A DNA stretch of 64,000 nt, taken from contig CAXXFV010000015.1 of the NCBI GenBank assembly GCA_963674595.2, positions 96,001-160,000 on the forward strand, read 5' to 3'. Below, piece after piece: positions 48,643 to 58,572 of this stretch. The position numbers and the translations under genes were made by a program. The notes beneath the pieces were generated by a model. The model searched no databases, was not told where the DNA came from, and worked only from the letters and a program-made list of their open reading frames with translations. Source of the stretch: a bacterium. GTDB taxonomy: Bacteria; Zhuqueibacterota; Zhuqueibacteria; Residuimicrobiales; Krinioviventaceae. The stretch's first letter is position 1. Each line of letters begins with the position of its first letter.

Positions 48643-49251
48643 GTGAAAAAAAATATCCTAAAAATAGCCGGTCTGTGTTTGTTGTGTGCTATAATTTATT
48701 GCACCTCTATATTTGATACGCGTGAGCCGGAAACTCCTGTTACGAATCAATCCAGTTGGATACAACCGACATCGCCAAATAGTGTTATGATAAATTTACG
48801 TAATGCTATTGCTGAAAAAAATATAACAAATTACCTGAGGTGTTTGGCAGATACAAGTTTGTCTGAAAAGTTTTTTATTTTTATTCCCGAACCGGCCGTT
48901 GCCAATGCTAATCCGGGTCTTTTTGACAGATGGAGCAAAGATAAAGAGGAAGCATATTTTTATCAAATGCTGTTGTTTTTACCGACGGATTCCACAAGCA
49001 AGTTGTCGTTGGAACTTTTGCGTGAAGATGCTCCCGGCGATTCTGTTATCCTGTTACACAAATATGAATTGACCATTCATCAAAAATGCCAGGATGAAAA
49101 TTCATCCTGTCCGCGTTCTATGGAAGGACAGGTCGAGTTTCGTCTTGTCCGAACAGATGAGGATTTTTGGTATATTTACCAATGGAAAGATTTTTCCATT
49201 AGTAACACACCAGCATGGAGTGATTTAAAAGCCCAGTTTGGAAAATTATAA
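48643..49251 (+). CDS. Hypothetical lipoprotein
   Basis: Signal peptide ending at Cys, followed by IFDTREPETP. Confidence 0.65.
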   Translation: MKKNILKIAGLCLLCAIIYCTSIFDTREPETPVTNQSSWIQPTSPNSVMINLRNAIAEKNITNYLRCLADTSLSEKFFIFIPEPAVANANPGLFDRWSKDKEEAYFYQMLLFLPTDSTSKLSLELLREDAPGDSVILLHKYELTIHQKCQDENSSCPRSMEGQVEFRLVRTDEDFWYIYQWKDFSISNTPAWSDLKAQFGKL

Positions 49252-49265
49252 TTTAAAAATATGAA

Positions 49266-50387
49266 TTGTTGATGAAACGTAAAATTAATAAAAATTATAA
49301 CCTTAAAAAATTATCACTAAACTACAAGTTTTCCCGTTTGGAAAAATACCTTGCCATATCGGCGGTTGTACTGGCTGTTATTCGGTTTCTTATATTACCG
49401 TTGGTTTTAAGTGATGGGGTTTATGTGCCGGTTTCATCCAATAAAACGGAACAAATCAGGACCGTTGTTAAGACCCTTTGTGATGATTTTTATATAAACA
49501 ATACACTCCATTCTTTTCAGGGCAAAGAATGGAGCGTAAAAGTTCCGGTCAAGTTTCGTTTAATTCCTTTTTATGCATCTCTTCAGTCTGAGTTAATAAA
49601 GATTGATACGGATATTATCAACTGTACGGAAAAGTCCAATAAAAACGTTGTATTGACGCTGGGGGATGATAAAGGTAAAATTGTCAGGCTGTCATTAATA
49701 AAAAATGAAAAATTACATGACGTTGTAGGTCGTGTTGCTATCATTATTGATGATTTTGGATATAATTATAATGATGTGACGAAAAGTTTCCTCTTTTTCG
49801 AGGTTCCTTTAACTATTGCAATATTACCCGGATTATCGCATTCCCAGGTTATTGCACGGGATGCCGGATTGGCAAACAAAGATGTGCTGGTCCACATGCC
49901 GATGGAACCTCTGGAGGCAGAGATCCATGATGACGGTTTTACGCTTTTAACGACACAGGAATCCGGGATTATTCGTTTAAGGATCAAAAAAGCTATGGCC
50001 GCTATTCCAAATGCTGTGGGTATGAATAATCATCAGGGATCAAAAGCAACAACAGACGCCCGGTTGTTAAATACGTTATTTATAGAGTTGCACAGTCAAA
50101 ACAAATTTTTCATCGATAGCCGGACAAATTCAAAAAGTATCGCTTTAACTGTCGCCCGGCAAAATAATGTACCGGCAAGGGCCAACCAATTGTTTTTAGA
50201 TGCTAAAGATGACGATGAATTTATAAAAAGTCAAATCGTCCGAATGGCAGATTTGGCCCGAAAAAACGGGTCTGTTATCGCAATAGGCCATGACCGTGAA
50301 AAAACATATAAAATACTTGAAGAGATGCTTCCGCCGCTGCAGGCCAGGGGCATTGAATTTGTCGGTGTTTCCGAACTGTTAAAATGA
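49266..50387 (+). CDS. Divergent polysaccharide deacetylase family protein
   Basis: AIIIDDFG, HMPMEP, NNHQGS, FIDSRT and AIGH motifs. Confidence 0.9.
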   Translation: MLMKRKINKNYNLKKLSLNYKFSRLEKYLAISAVVLAVIRFLILPLVLSDGVYVPVSSNKTEQIRTVVKTLCDDFYINNTLHSFQGKEWSVKVPVKFRLIPFYASLQSELIKIDTDIINCTEKSNKNVVLTLGDDKGKIVRLSLIKNEKLHDVVGRVAIIIDDFGYNYNDVTKSFLFFEVPLTIAILPGLSHSQVIARDAGLANKDVLVHMPMEPLEAEIHDDGFTLLTTQESGIIRLRIKKAMAAIPNAVGMNNHQGSKATTDARLLNTLFIELHSQNKFFIDSRTNSKSIALTVARQNNVPARANQLFLDAKDDDEFIKSQIVRMADLARKNGSVIAIGHDREKTYKILEEMLPPLQARGIEFVGVSELLK

Positions 50388-50418
50388 TTTATAAATATAG
50401 ACTTGAAAGGTATATTTT

Positions 50419-51132
50419 ATGGCACGTTTATGTTTATGTATTAACCAGGTGGCTAAATTTCGCAACAGTCTTAAAAAAATGGAACCAGACCCTGTTGCCG
50501 TTGCGATTGCCGCCGAAATTGCCGGTATCGACGGCATTGTGGCACATTTAAAAGAAGACAGGTCTGATATTACCGATCGGGATGTTTCTGTCCTCAAGGA
50601 GGTCGTCAGGTCTCATTTTAATCTGGCCATTCCCATGAATGACGATATGGTTAAAAAAGCGTTACATTGGCTGCCGGATATGGTTACCCTGGTTCCGGCA
50701 ACCCGTGAAGAAAATCAGGCGGAATCTCTCGATGTTACGTCCAACCTGGAGTATATTGAAGATGTTGTTACCGCTTTGCGTGCAAACAATATCGTTGTTA
50801 ATGTTTTAATAGAACCGGATATCCAACAATTACGTGCCGCTGCCCGTGTTCGGGTTGATTATGTACAATTAAATTGTACGCCCTTAAAAAACATTGAAGA
50901 TTTGGGCTCAATGAACGATTTTATTGAAAATTTGAAATCAGTTGCTATAGCCGCAAATAAGCTGGGACTTGGTGTGTCGCTTGGAAGAGGAATTGACTTT
51001 CAGAATTTAAAAGAAATGAATGATGTCCCCTATTTTGAAGAGTTTAATATTGGTAAAGCTATTATTGCCCGTTCTGTTGTTGTTGGTGTTGAGCGTGCCA
51101 TACAGGCAACCCGAAATATTTTAAAATCATAG
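50419..51132 (+). CDS. pdxJ: PdxJ (pyridoxine 5'-phosphate synthase) homolog with degenerate active site
   Basis: PDPV, HLKEDRSDITDRDV, LVP and FNIGKAIIAR are colinear with PdxJ, but most catalytic residues are substituted. Confidence 0.75.
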   Translation: MARLCLCINQVAKFRNSLKKMEPDPVAVAIAAEIAGIDGIVAHLKEDRSDITDRDVSVLKEVVRSHFNLAIPMNDDMVKKALHWLPDMVTLVPATREENQAESLDVTSNLEYIEDVVTALRANNIVVNVLIEPDIQQLRAAARVRVDYVQLNCTPLKNIEDLGSMNDFIENLKSVAIAANKLGLGVSLGRGIDFQNLKEMNDVPYFEEFNIGKAIIARSVVVGVERAIQATRNILKS

Positions 51133-51140
51133 GAAAAATT

Positions 51141-51674
51141 ATGCTGGACCAGATAATTGAACTGTTCCCAGAGTTTTCCGGAATTTATAATAATTCCTTG
51201 CGTACCAAAACATTAAATTGCTGGCATGACGCCATGAAACTTGGTAAATGGCAGCCTGCTGATTTGGATGACATTCCTTTTACACTTTTAATACCAAATT
51301 GTAAAACAAGTTTTCGGACCCATGTAAGGGCTGTTACCCGTACTGCTCTGGAATCGGCCAAAGTGTTGACAGAATATTATTCTGATGAATATTCTTTAAA
51401 TATGGATATTCTCTGTGCCGGTGGTTTATTGCATGATATTGGAAAATTGCTGGAATATGAAAAAGTTGATGGGCAGTATGTAAAAAGCCGTACGGGAACG
51501 CTGTTACGTCATCCTTTTTCCGGGGCCGGTTTGGCTTTAAAGCATGGGTTACCTGACGAAATAATTCACATCATTGCAACACATGCCAAGGAAGGTGACG
51601 GAGGTTACCGCTGTCCCGAAGCTATTATTATTCACCATGCGGATTTTATGAATTTTGAACCCCTAAAGTTGTAA
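51141..51674 (+). CDS. HD domain protein
   Basis: H..V, LLHDIGK, RHPFSG and HHADF motifs. Confidence 0.85.
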   Translation: MLDQIIELFPEFSGIYNNSLRTKTLNCWHDAMKLGKWQPADLDDIPFTLLIPNCKTSFRTHVRAVTRTALESAKVLTEYYSDEYSLNMDILCAGGLLHDIGKLLEYEKVDGQYVKSRTGTLLRHPFSGAGLALKHGLPDEIIHIIATHAKEGDGGYRCPEAIIIHHADFMNFEPLKL

Positions 51675-51700
51675 GTTTCTGATATCTATGAGGTGATGCC

Positions 51701-53077
51701 ATGTTGTTCCCTGCCGAACCCTTTCGTATTAAAGTTGTGGAACCGTTAAAAAAGACTACACGTCAGCAGCGCGATGAGCTCATTCGCAAAGCCGGATATA
51801 ACGTTTTTTCACTCCCGGCTGATAGTATTTATGTGGATTTGTTGACCGATAGCGGTACATCGGCAATGAGTGATTATCAATGGGCCGGAATGATGATGGG
51901 AGACGAATCCTATGCCGGCAGTAAGAATTATTATCATTTCGAAAAAACGGTCCGGAATATTTTTGGCTTTAAGCATATTATTCCGACGCACCAGGGGCGT
52001 TCTGCTGAAAATTTACTTTTTTCAGTTATTTTAAAAAAGGGAAATATCGTTCCCAATAATATTCATTTTGACACAACCCGTGCAAACATTCAATATAACG
52101 GCGGTAAACCTTACGATCTGGTAATTGATGCCGGTTTAGACCCGAATAGTGAATTCCCCTTTAAAGGCAACATGGATCCTTCCAAACTGAGAAAATTAAT
52201 TGAACAGGAAGGACCGGAGAACATCCCGATTATTATGATGACCGTTACAAACAACAGCGGCGGCGGTCAGCCTGTTTCTATGGAAAATATTCGCCAGGTT
52301 TCGGCAATTGCCAAAGAGTACAAATTACCGTTTTTTTTGGATGCCTGCCGTTTTGCAGAGAATTGCTATTTCATAAAAGAACGGGAACCGGAATTTAAAA
52401 ACACGGAAATTATTGACATTGCTCGTGAAATGTTTTCCTATGCAGACGGATGCACCATGAGCGCAAAAAAAGACGGTCTGGTCAACATTGGCGGGTTTCT
52501 GGGTATGCATGACGATTCCCTGGCAGAAAAGGCATCAAACTTGTTAATTTTGGTGGAAGGTTTCCCGACCTATGGCGGCTTGGCAGGAAGGGACCTGGAA
52601 GCGATTGCCAGAGGTTTGCAGGAAGTTGTTAATGAAGATTATCTTGCCTTTCGAATCGGGCAGGTGCGTTACCTTGGTGAATTATTACAAAATGCCGGCG
52701 TTCCCATCGTTCAACCTGTGGGTGGTCATGCTGTGTATTTAAATGCCAAAGAATTTTTACCCAATATTCCTCAAAAACACTTTCCGGGACAGGCATTAAC
52801 TGTTGCACTCTATCGTGATGCGGGTATTCGTGCTGTTGAAATCGGCAGTTTAATGTTTGGTGAAAAAGACCCGGAAACCGGAATTGAAAAATACCCGGAG
52901 CTTGAACTGGTCCGGTTGGCCATTCCGCGACGGGTTTATACGTCCATGCACATGAACTATGTCGCTGAATCCATTATAGAAATTTTTAAAAATCGTGACA
53001 AAATTAAGGGAATGAAAATTATACACCAGGCCCCTATATTACGTCACTTTACAGCGCGACTGGAGGAGCTTGTTTGA
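51701..53077 (+). CDS. tnaA: Tryptophanase (beta-eliminating lyase)
   Basis: EPFRIK, DLLTDSGT, HQGR, SAKKD; LRHFTA matches tryptophanase rather than the LRFF of tyrosine phenol-lyase. Confidence 0.88.
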   Translation: MLFPAEPFRIKVVEPLKKTTRQQRDELIRKAGYNVFSLPADSIYVDLLTDSGTSAMSDYQWAGMMMGDESYAGSKNYYHFEKTVRNIFGFKHIIPTHQGRSAENLLFSVILKKGNIVPNNIHFDTTRANIQYNGGKPYDLVIDAGLDPNSEFPFKGNMDPSKLRKLIEQEGPENIPIIMMTVTNNSGGGQPVSMENIRQVSAIAKEYKLPFFLDACRFAENCYFIKEREPEFKNTEIIDIAREMFSYADGCTMSAKKDGLVNIGGFLGMHDDSLAEKASNLLILVEGFPTYGGLAGRDLEAIARGLQEVVNEDYLAFRIGQVRYLGELLQNAGVPIVQPVGGHAVYLNAKEFLPNIPQKHFPGQALTVALYRDAGIRAVEIGSLMFGEKDPETGIEKYPELELVRLAIPRRVYTSMHMNYVAESIIEIFKNRDKIKGMKIIHQAPILRHFTARLEELV

Positions 53078-53718
53078 TCAGAGGTGTGCTTTTTGATTTT
53101 GATGGCGTGTTGGCAGAAACTTTGCCGTTTCATTTAAAGGCGTGGAAAGTTGTTTTTAATGAGTTAAACATTCAACCTGATGAATTGTCTATTTTATTGA
53201 ATGAGGGGCAGCCTGCCTGGAAAATTGCACAGGCAATGGCAAAAAAATACAGTTTGGATTTGGATGAAAACAAGGCTAAACATTACGCTCATCTCAAAAA
53301 TACTATATTCCGAAAAAATAAAATAAATATATATCCGGAAATTCCTGACATATTAAATTTTTGCAAACAAAAAGACCTGAAAACAGGCCTGGTTACCGGG
53401 GCTGTTTATGAAAATGTTAAAGCTGTGGTCCCTGAAAATCTTTTATCTCTTTTTGATGTTAAAATTTGTGAGGGAGATTGTTTATCCGGCAAACCGTCAC
53501 CTGATCCCTACATTTCCGGAGCAGGAAAGCTTGATTTGTTTCCCCGTGATTGTCTTGTTGTGGAAAATGCACCACTCGGCATTCAATCGGCAAAAAGCGC
53601 CGGATGTTTTTGTATCGCCATAATGACGACCCTTCATCGGGAACATTTGGCCGGTGCCGACGTTATATTAGAGGACCATAAATCACTTTTCCACTATCTT
53701 GACAATTTAGTAAAATGA
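53074..53718 (+). CDS. HAD family phosphatase (beta-PGM-like)
   Basis: FDFDGVL, GKPSPDP and VENAPLG motifs. Confidence 0.88.
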   Translation: MIRGVLFDFDGVLAETLPFHLKAWKVVFNELNIQPDELSILLNEGQPAWKIAQAMAKKYSLDLDENKAKHYAHLKNTIFRKNKINIYPEIPDILNFCKQKDLKTGLVTGAVYENVKAVVPENLLSLFDVKICEGDCLSGKPSPDPYISGAGKLDLFPRDCLVVENAPLGIQSAKSAGCFCIAIMTTLHREHLAGADVILEDHKSLFHYLDNLVK

Positions 53719-53919
53719 AATACTTAAAAAGTTCTTGATATTTGCAGCATTGTTTGATAAATTCAATTTTTATAATACGAGGAGGTGCGCTTCGTTTTAT
53801 TTGATACAATTATTTAAATTATTTTGATTTTAAACAGGTTTTAATTGTTAATGTTATAATGTACGATTGATATGATTTTTTTAGTTGTATCTGCAAACAG
53901 TGCAAGACTTGAATTTTTG

Positions 53920-53953
53920 ACCGGGTTCTGCATAGCTTCAGGCTCGGTTTTTT
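53920..53953 (+). terminator. Terminator-like hairpin directly upstream of 53972
   Basis: ACCGGGT(T)CTG-loop-CAGGCTCGGT followed by TTTTT. Confidence 0.45.
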
Positions 53954-53971
53954 ATTGAACAGGAAAAGTGT

Positions 53972-55168
53972 ATGCGTAAAATTTTAATGTTATTGTTGGT
54001 CATTTTTTCCATTTCATGTTCAAAACGGGATTTACCCGTTGTGCAGGAAAAGATTTTAAATCCCTCCTTTGAAGTTATTAAAGCCCCGGAAATTCTCAAT
54101 CCTAATAATACTTATAATATTTCAATTCGGGTTAAAGATAATGAAGGCATCGATTCTTTGAGCCTTGTTATATCAGACAAAGTTAACCAGGAAACCATAT
54201 TGAGTGCCACATTGTACGACGATGGTGCTGCTGTTTACCCGAATGATGGTGATGTCATAGCGTTTGACGGTATTTTTTCCCAGAATATTTTGTGGAACCC
54301 GTCTGATGAATCCCGTCAAAATTTTGTTTTTTCAATTAATGTTATTTCCAGTGAAGCGATTGATGTTGAACCATTGGAACTGGAAATCCTTTCTCTTGGA
54401 AATATTGCTCCGCAAATATCAAATATCCAGTTTCCTGATGTCCTGGAAAACGGCTTTGAGTTGCTTGATATTGCAGCTACTGTGACTGATTCCAATGGTG
54501 TTGACGATATTAAGAGAGTTGAATACGTTGGTAAAAGAGGCGGAATTGCTCATTTTGAAGGTGTGATTGAATCTGTTACTGAAACAAACAGTGAGCAGAA
54601 CAGAGTTGTATTTAAAAAATCCATAGGCAGTACATTTAGTATCGGTCTTGTGGGTGAATATGAACTGGAGTTTGTTGGCGTTGACCAATCCGGTTTAAAG
54701 AGTGCGCCCATATCCAAAACAGTAAATATTGAAAACAGCGCCCCTGTTTTATCCAATGTTTTAACACCGGTACAGGTGGAACGACCGGTTGAGGGGGGTG
54801 TCAAGTTTTTAATTACTGTTGATGTTGCAGATAAACAATCTATTGGTGATATAAAACATGTCAGACTCAAATGGCGCAAACCGGATGGTACCTTTTCTGC
54901 AAACAGTCCGTTTGATTTATACGATAACGGGTTGCCTTTCAACGATGACCTGACAGGCTGGAATGAGGGTTATCGCGGTGACCTTGAGGCAAATGATGGT
55001 GTTTATTCAATTACCGGTATTTTTGATTACCAGAATGATTTGGGGAATTATTTTCTGACCTTTTATGCTGAAGATTTTGCCGGAAATGAAAGTGACCAGA
55101 TTGTCAAGGTAATAACGCTTACCCAAGCAGAGAGTGGATCGGTTGTAAAAGTTAAAAGTCCTTATTAG
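53972..55168 (+). CDS. Lipoprotein with two LYDxG..GD..A.DG repeats (choice-of-anchor X-like) and Ig-like domains
   Basis: Lipobox SISC; LYDDG...GDVIAFDGIFS and LYDNG...GDLEANDGVYS. Confidence 0.7.
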   Translation: MRKILMLLLVIFSISCSKRDLPVVQEKILNPSFEVIKAPEILNPNNTYNISIRVKDNEGIDSLSLVISDKVNQETILSATLYDDGAAVYPNDGDVIAFDGIFSQNILWNPSDESRQNFVFSINVISSEAIDVEPLELEILSLGNIAPQISNIQFPDVLENGFELLDIAATVTDSNGVDDIKRVEYVGKRGGIAHFEGVIESVTETNSEQNRVVFKKSIGSTFSIGLVGEYELEFVGVDQSGLKSAPISKTVNIENSAPVLSNVLTPVQVERPVEGGVKFLITVDVADKQSIGDIKHVRLKWRKPDGTFSANSPFDLYDNGLPFNDDLTGWNEGYRGDLEANDGVYSITGIFDYQNDLGNYFLTFYAEDFAGNESDQIVKVITLTQAESGSVVKVKSPY

Positions 55169-55169
55169 A

Positions 55170-56633
55170 GTGGTGAATATGCTGAATAGAATTTTTTATA
55201 CTTTCGGATGTGTGTTGTTTCTTATTCAATTTTTATTCGGGCAACATATCGAATCATACGAGTTGAACTCACTTCCAGAACCATCTTCCCGGTTGGAAGC
55301 AAACGGCGTTGTTGATATTAAAGGTAATAAAAACACAATATGGTTTGCAACCGGTCACGGTTTGTCCATGACATCTGACAATGGTTCAAGCTTTATTACA
55401 TTTGACGAGTCCTATGGAATCGGCCGGGGAAGTATCAGTGCTTTGGCTGTCAGGGGAGACACCATTATTGTGGCAACAGCGTCTGATACGTTAACATCTG
55501 TTTCTGATGATTATCTGCAAATGGGAACCGGCATAAGTGTTTCCTTAAATGGCGGTAATGACTGGGTCCATTACCCGCAGCCCATCCAACCACCGGTTTT
55601 AAAAACAGCAATTCAAAATGTAACCTGGGACATTGCTTTTTCCGATTCAACAATTTGGATCACCAGTTGGGGCGGTGGTATTATGAAATCAGAAGATTGG
55701 GGAGCAACGTGGGAATTTGCGCTTCCGGATACCTTGTTATTTGATCCGGCAAATCATCTCAATCATTCCGGTTTTTCAACAATTGTCACCGATAATGAAG
55801 TTTGGGTTGGCACAGCCGGAGGCCTTAACAAATCAACTAACAACGGAGATAGCTGGACCCATTTTACACATACAAATCAAATTTCTCCGATTTCCGGAAA
55901 CTGGATTCGGGCTATGGCATATCAGAAAACCGCTGAAAAAGAAATTATTTGGGCGGTTTCTTTAAAAACAACTGATGAAGATGAGTTTGATGCTGTTTCA
56001 AAAAGTGAAAACGGTGGTATTTCCTGGGAAACTGTTTTAGAAGGTGAACGTGGATATAATATAAGTGTTGACGGCGAAACAGTCTATGTCGCTGGTGAAG
56101 GCGGTTTGTTCAAATCTACGGATTATGGCAAAACATGGTATCGTTTTCCTGAAATTCAGGATTCTGAAACAGATGTTGTCATCTTTAGTCCCGAGGCGTA
56201 TTCTGTTTATGCTTATAACGGCACTGTTTGGGTTGGAACCGCAGATGGACTGGCCGTAACCAGTGATAACGGTTATACGTGGCGTGTTTTTCGTGCTTAT
56301 CAGCCTACAGGCAAAGAAGGAAACCCACGGACCTATTCCTATCCAAATCCTTTTTCCTATTCCAGGTATAACCAGAATAATAATGACGGGTACGTCCGTT
56401 TGCAATATAATACCCTTGATGATACATATATTACAATAAAAATATATGATTTTGCTATGGATTTGGTAAAAACAGTTGTTGATGGAAAATTTCGTCCCGG
56501 TCCCGGAGACTATGCTGAAATGTGGGATTGTCGAAATGAATTTCATGATTTGGTAGCCAATGGTGTTTATTTTTATAATGTGCAGATAGACGGCGATGGC
56601 GATTATTGGGGCAAGATTATGGTTATTGAGTAG
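55170..56633 (+). CDS. Secreted BNR/Asp-box beta-propeller with C-terminal FlgD-Ig/T9SS type A sorting-like domain
   Basis: Repeated S.D.G..W Asp-boxes; YSYPNPF...IKIYD...WD...VANGVYFY tail. Confidence 0.78.
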   Translation: MVNMLNRIFYTFGCVLFLIQFLFGQHIESYELNSLPEPSSRLEANGVVDIKGNKNTIWFATGHGLSMTSDNGSSFITFDESYGIGRGSISALAVRGDTIIVATASDTLTSVSDDYLQMGTGISVSLNGGNDWVHYPQPIQPPVLKTAIQNVTWDIAFSDSTIWITSWGGGIMKSEDWGATWEFALPDTLLFDPANHLNHSGFSTIVTDNEVWVGTAGGLNKSTNNGDSWTHFTHTNQISPISGNWIRAMAYQKTAEKEIIWAVSLKTTDEDEFDAVSKSENGGISWETVLEGERGYNISVDGETVYVAGEGGLFKSTDYGKTWYRFPEIQDSETDVVIFSPEAYSVYAYNGTVWVGTADGLAVTSDNGYTWRVFRAYQPTGKEGNPRTYSYPNPFSYSRYNQNNNDGYVRLQYNTLDDTYITIKIYDFAMDLVKTVVDGKFRPGPGDYAEMWDCRNEFHDLVANGVYFYNVQIDGDGDYWGKIMVIE

Positions 56634-56651
56634 CGGTAAGGGCAGGTCATA

Positions 56652-57617
56652 ATGAAGAAAATTTTAATTTTATTTTGTATTACATTTTTTGCAGGCCAAC
56701 TCCTAGCAAAAGACGGTGATGGCGGTTATGCCGGTGCTTTTTTAAGAATGGGCATGGGCGCTCGTGCCAAAGCAATGGGCGATGCATATACGGCTGTTCC
56801 GGAAGGCGCTGTTGCCGGTTTTTATAACCCGGCGCTGTTGCCTCATCTTAAAAATCGGCAGCTATCCTTATCTTTTGCTTTTTTACCGTTGGACCGTAAG
56901 CTGGACTATGTTGGTTATGCTCAATCCCTACAGCCCGGCAAGGATGAGGATGAACAGCCATTTAAAGCCGGTTTTGCCGCTGCATGGGTCCACGCCGGAA
57001 CAGACAACATTGATGGTCGTGATTCTAATGGAAACCATACAACCTATTTTTCAAATTCTGAAAATGCTTTTTACCTTTCCTTTGCCATCAGTCCTTCGTC
57101 AATATTATCATTTGGCGTAAGCGGCAAGGTTTTATATAACCGTTTCCCTAATGTGGAAAATGATGATGGCGCACTGACATCAACAGGCTTTGGAATGGAT
57201 TTTGGCGCTTTTTTAACGCCGATACCAAATGTTATGTGTGGACTGGTCATTAAAGACCACATGTCAAAATATTCATGGAACACGGACAATGTTTGGGACA
57301 GGGGAACCAGTACGGTCAACAATTTTCCCAAAACAACACGGTTTGGTGTTGCCTGCCGTATTCCGCAACAGTGGCTGTTAATTTCTGCAGATGTTGAGAA
57401 TAGTAAAGAGCAAAATCCGTGTTATCATGTTGGTTGTGAGCTAAGTTATTTGGATATTGGCGCTATTCGAATAGGTTTTGATGAAAATTATCCGACATTC
57501 GGAATTGGATTATCCGGTAATATTCTAGGTGTTCGTGCAAATGTTAATTATGCATTCGTCGATACTGGTGATGCACCGGGACAAGATCATATTTTTTCAT
57601 GGACATTTGATTTGTAG
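56652..57617 (+). CDS. PorV/PorQ-like outer membrane protein
   Basis: FLRMGMGARAKAMGDAY...YNPA; C-terminal aromatic beta signal. Confidence 0.75.
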   Translation: MKKILILFCITFFAGQLLAKDGDGGYAGAFLRMGMGARAKAMGDAYTAVPEGAVAGFYNPALLPHLKNRQLSLSFAFLPLDRKLDYVGYAQSLQPGKDEDEQPFKAGFAAAWVHAGTDNIDGRDSNGNHTTYFSNSENAFYLSFAISPSSILSFGVSGKVLYNRFPNVENDDGALTSTGFGMDFGAFLTPIPNVMCGLVIKDHMSKYSWNTDNVWDRGTSTVNNFPKTTRFGVACRIPQQWLLISADVENSKEQNPCYHVGCELSYLDIGAIRIGFDENYPTFGIGLSGNILGVRANVNYAFVDTGDAPGQDHIFSWTFDL

Positions 57618-57640
57618 ATTTATATTAAGAGAGTTCAAAA

Positions 57641-58543
57641 ATGCAAAAATTTTTATGTTTAGTTTTATCAGTTTTTACCATGTATATTCCGGCTTTTGCC
57701 GGTGCAGGCAGCACCGGATTTGCATTTTTAAAAACCGGTGCCGGTGCAAGAGCCTCAGCGCTGGGTAGTGCTTATTCTGCCGTTTCTGATGATGTTACCG
57801 GAATTTATTGGAATCCTGCCGGAACAGCTTCTGTTAACACCCGTCAGGTTCATCTCAGTCATCACAAATGGATAGAAGGTGTTAATAGCCAGGTTGCTGC
57901 TTTTATTTTGCCTACATCAAAAGGAAGTATCGGACTGGGATTAATGCTGAATAATGTTAATGGTTTTGAAAGAAGGACCATTGCCAGCACAAAACCTTTG
58001 GGTGAATTTTCAGCGCATGATTTTGTATTTTTGGTCTCTTATGCCAGGAATATGAGTGAACGATTTTCCGTTGGAATGAATATAAAATATTTACATGAGA
58101 AAATTTATGTTGAAACGGCAAGCGGCCTTGTTGTTGATATTGGGACAAAATTCCTTTTGTTAAAATCAGGTTTATATCTTTCTGCTGTTATACAAAATTT
58201 AGGCAGCACCTCTGAATTATATAATGAAAAGATTGAATTGCCAAAAACAATTCGTGTGGGCTCCTGCTACGATCTTCCCTTTGATTTTTTAAATGGTACC
58301 TGGCTTTTTACTGCTGATTACGTTCAATATTTAAAAGATACCGGCTATTATCATTTTGGTGGTGAATATGCTACCTATAACTTTTTGGCCTTACGCCTGG
58401 GATATCAGGCCGGATATGATGTAAAAGGCGCGACCTTTGGTTTTGGATTGTTTTTGAAAAATTTCAATCTCGATTATGCCTATGTACCTTTTGACGATGA
58501 CCTTGGAAATTCCCAAAGATTTTCATTAACCGCTAATTTTTAA
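57641..58543 (+). CDS. PorV/PorQ-like outer membrane protein
   Basis: FLKTGAGARASALGSAY...YWNPAG, LDYAY..LGNSQRFSL and C-terminal Phe. Confidence 0.8.
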   Translation: MQKFLCLVLSVFTMYIPAFAGAGSTGFAFLKTGAGARASALGSAYSAVSDDVTGIYWNPAGTASVNTRQVHLSHHKWIEGVNSQVAAFILPTSKGSIGLGLMLNNVNGFERRTIASTKPLGEFSAHDFVFLVSYARNMSERFSVGMNIKYLHEKIYVETASGLVVDIGTKFLLLKSGLYLSAVIQNLGSTSELYNEKIELPKTIRVGSCYDLPFDFLNGTWLFTADYVQYLKDTGYYHFGGEYATYNFLALRLGYQAGYDVKGATFGFGLFLKNFNLDYAYVPFDDDLGNSQRFSLTANF

Positions 58544-58572
58544 AAATTAGTACTTTTAACCGGAGAACCATT

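Noticed and set aside
51675-51700. TnaC-type leader peptide before tryptophanase
   Set aside because: Only 26 nt separate it from the HD gene; no room for one.
53777-53830. Strong AGGAGG suggesting a small ORF or type I toxin
   Set aside because: No start codon at usable spacing. The ACGAGG/CTTCGT hairpin plus T-run is better explained as a terminator for the upstream genes.
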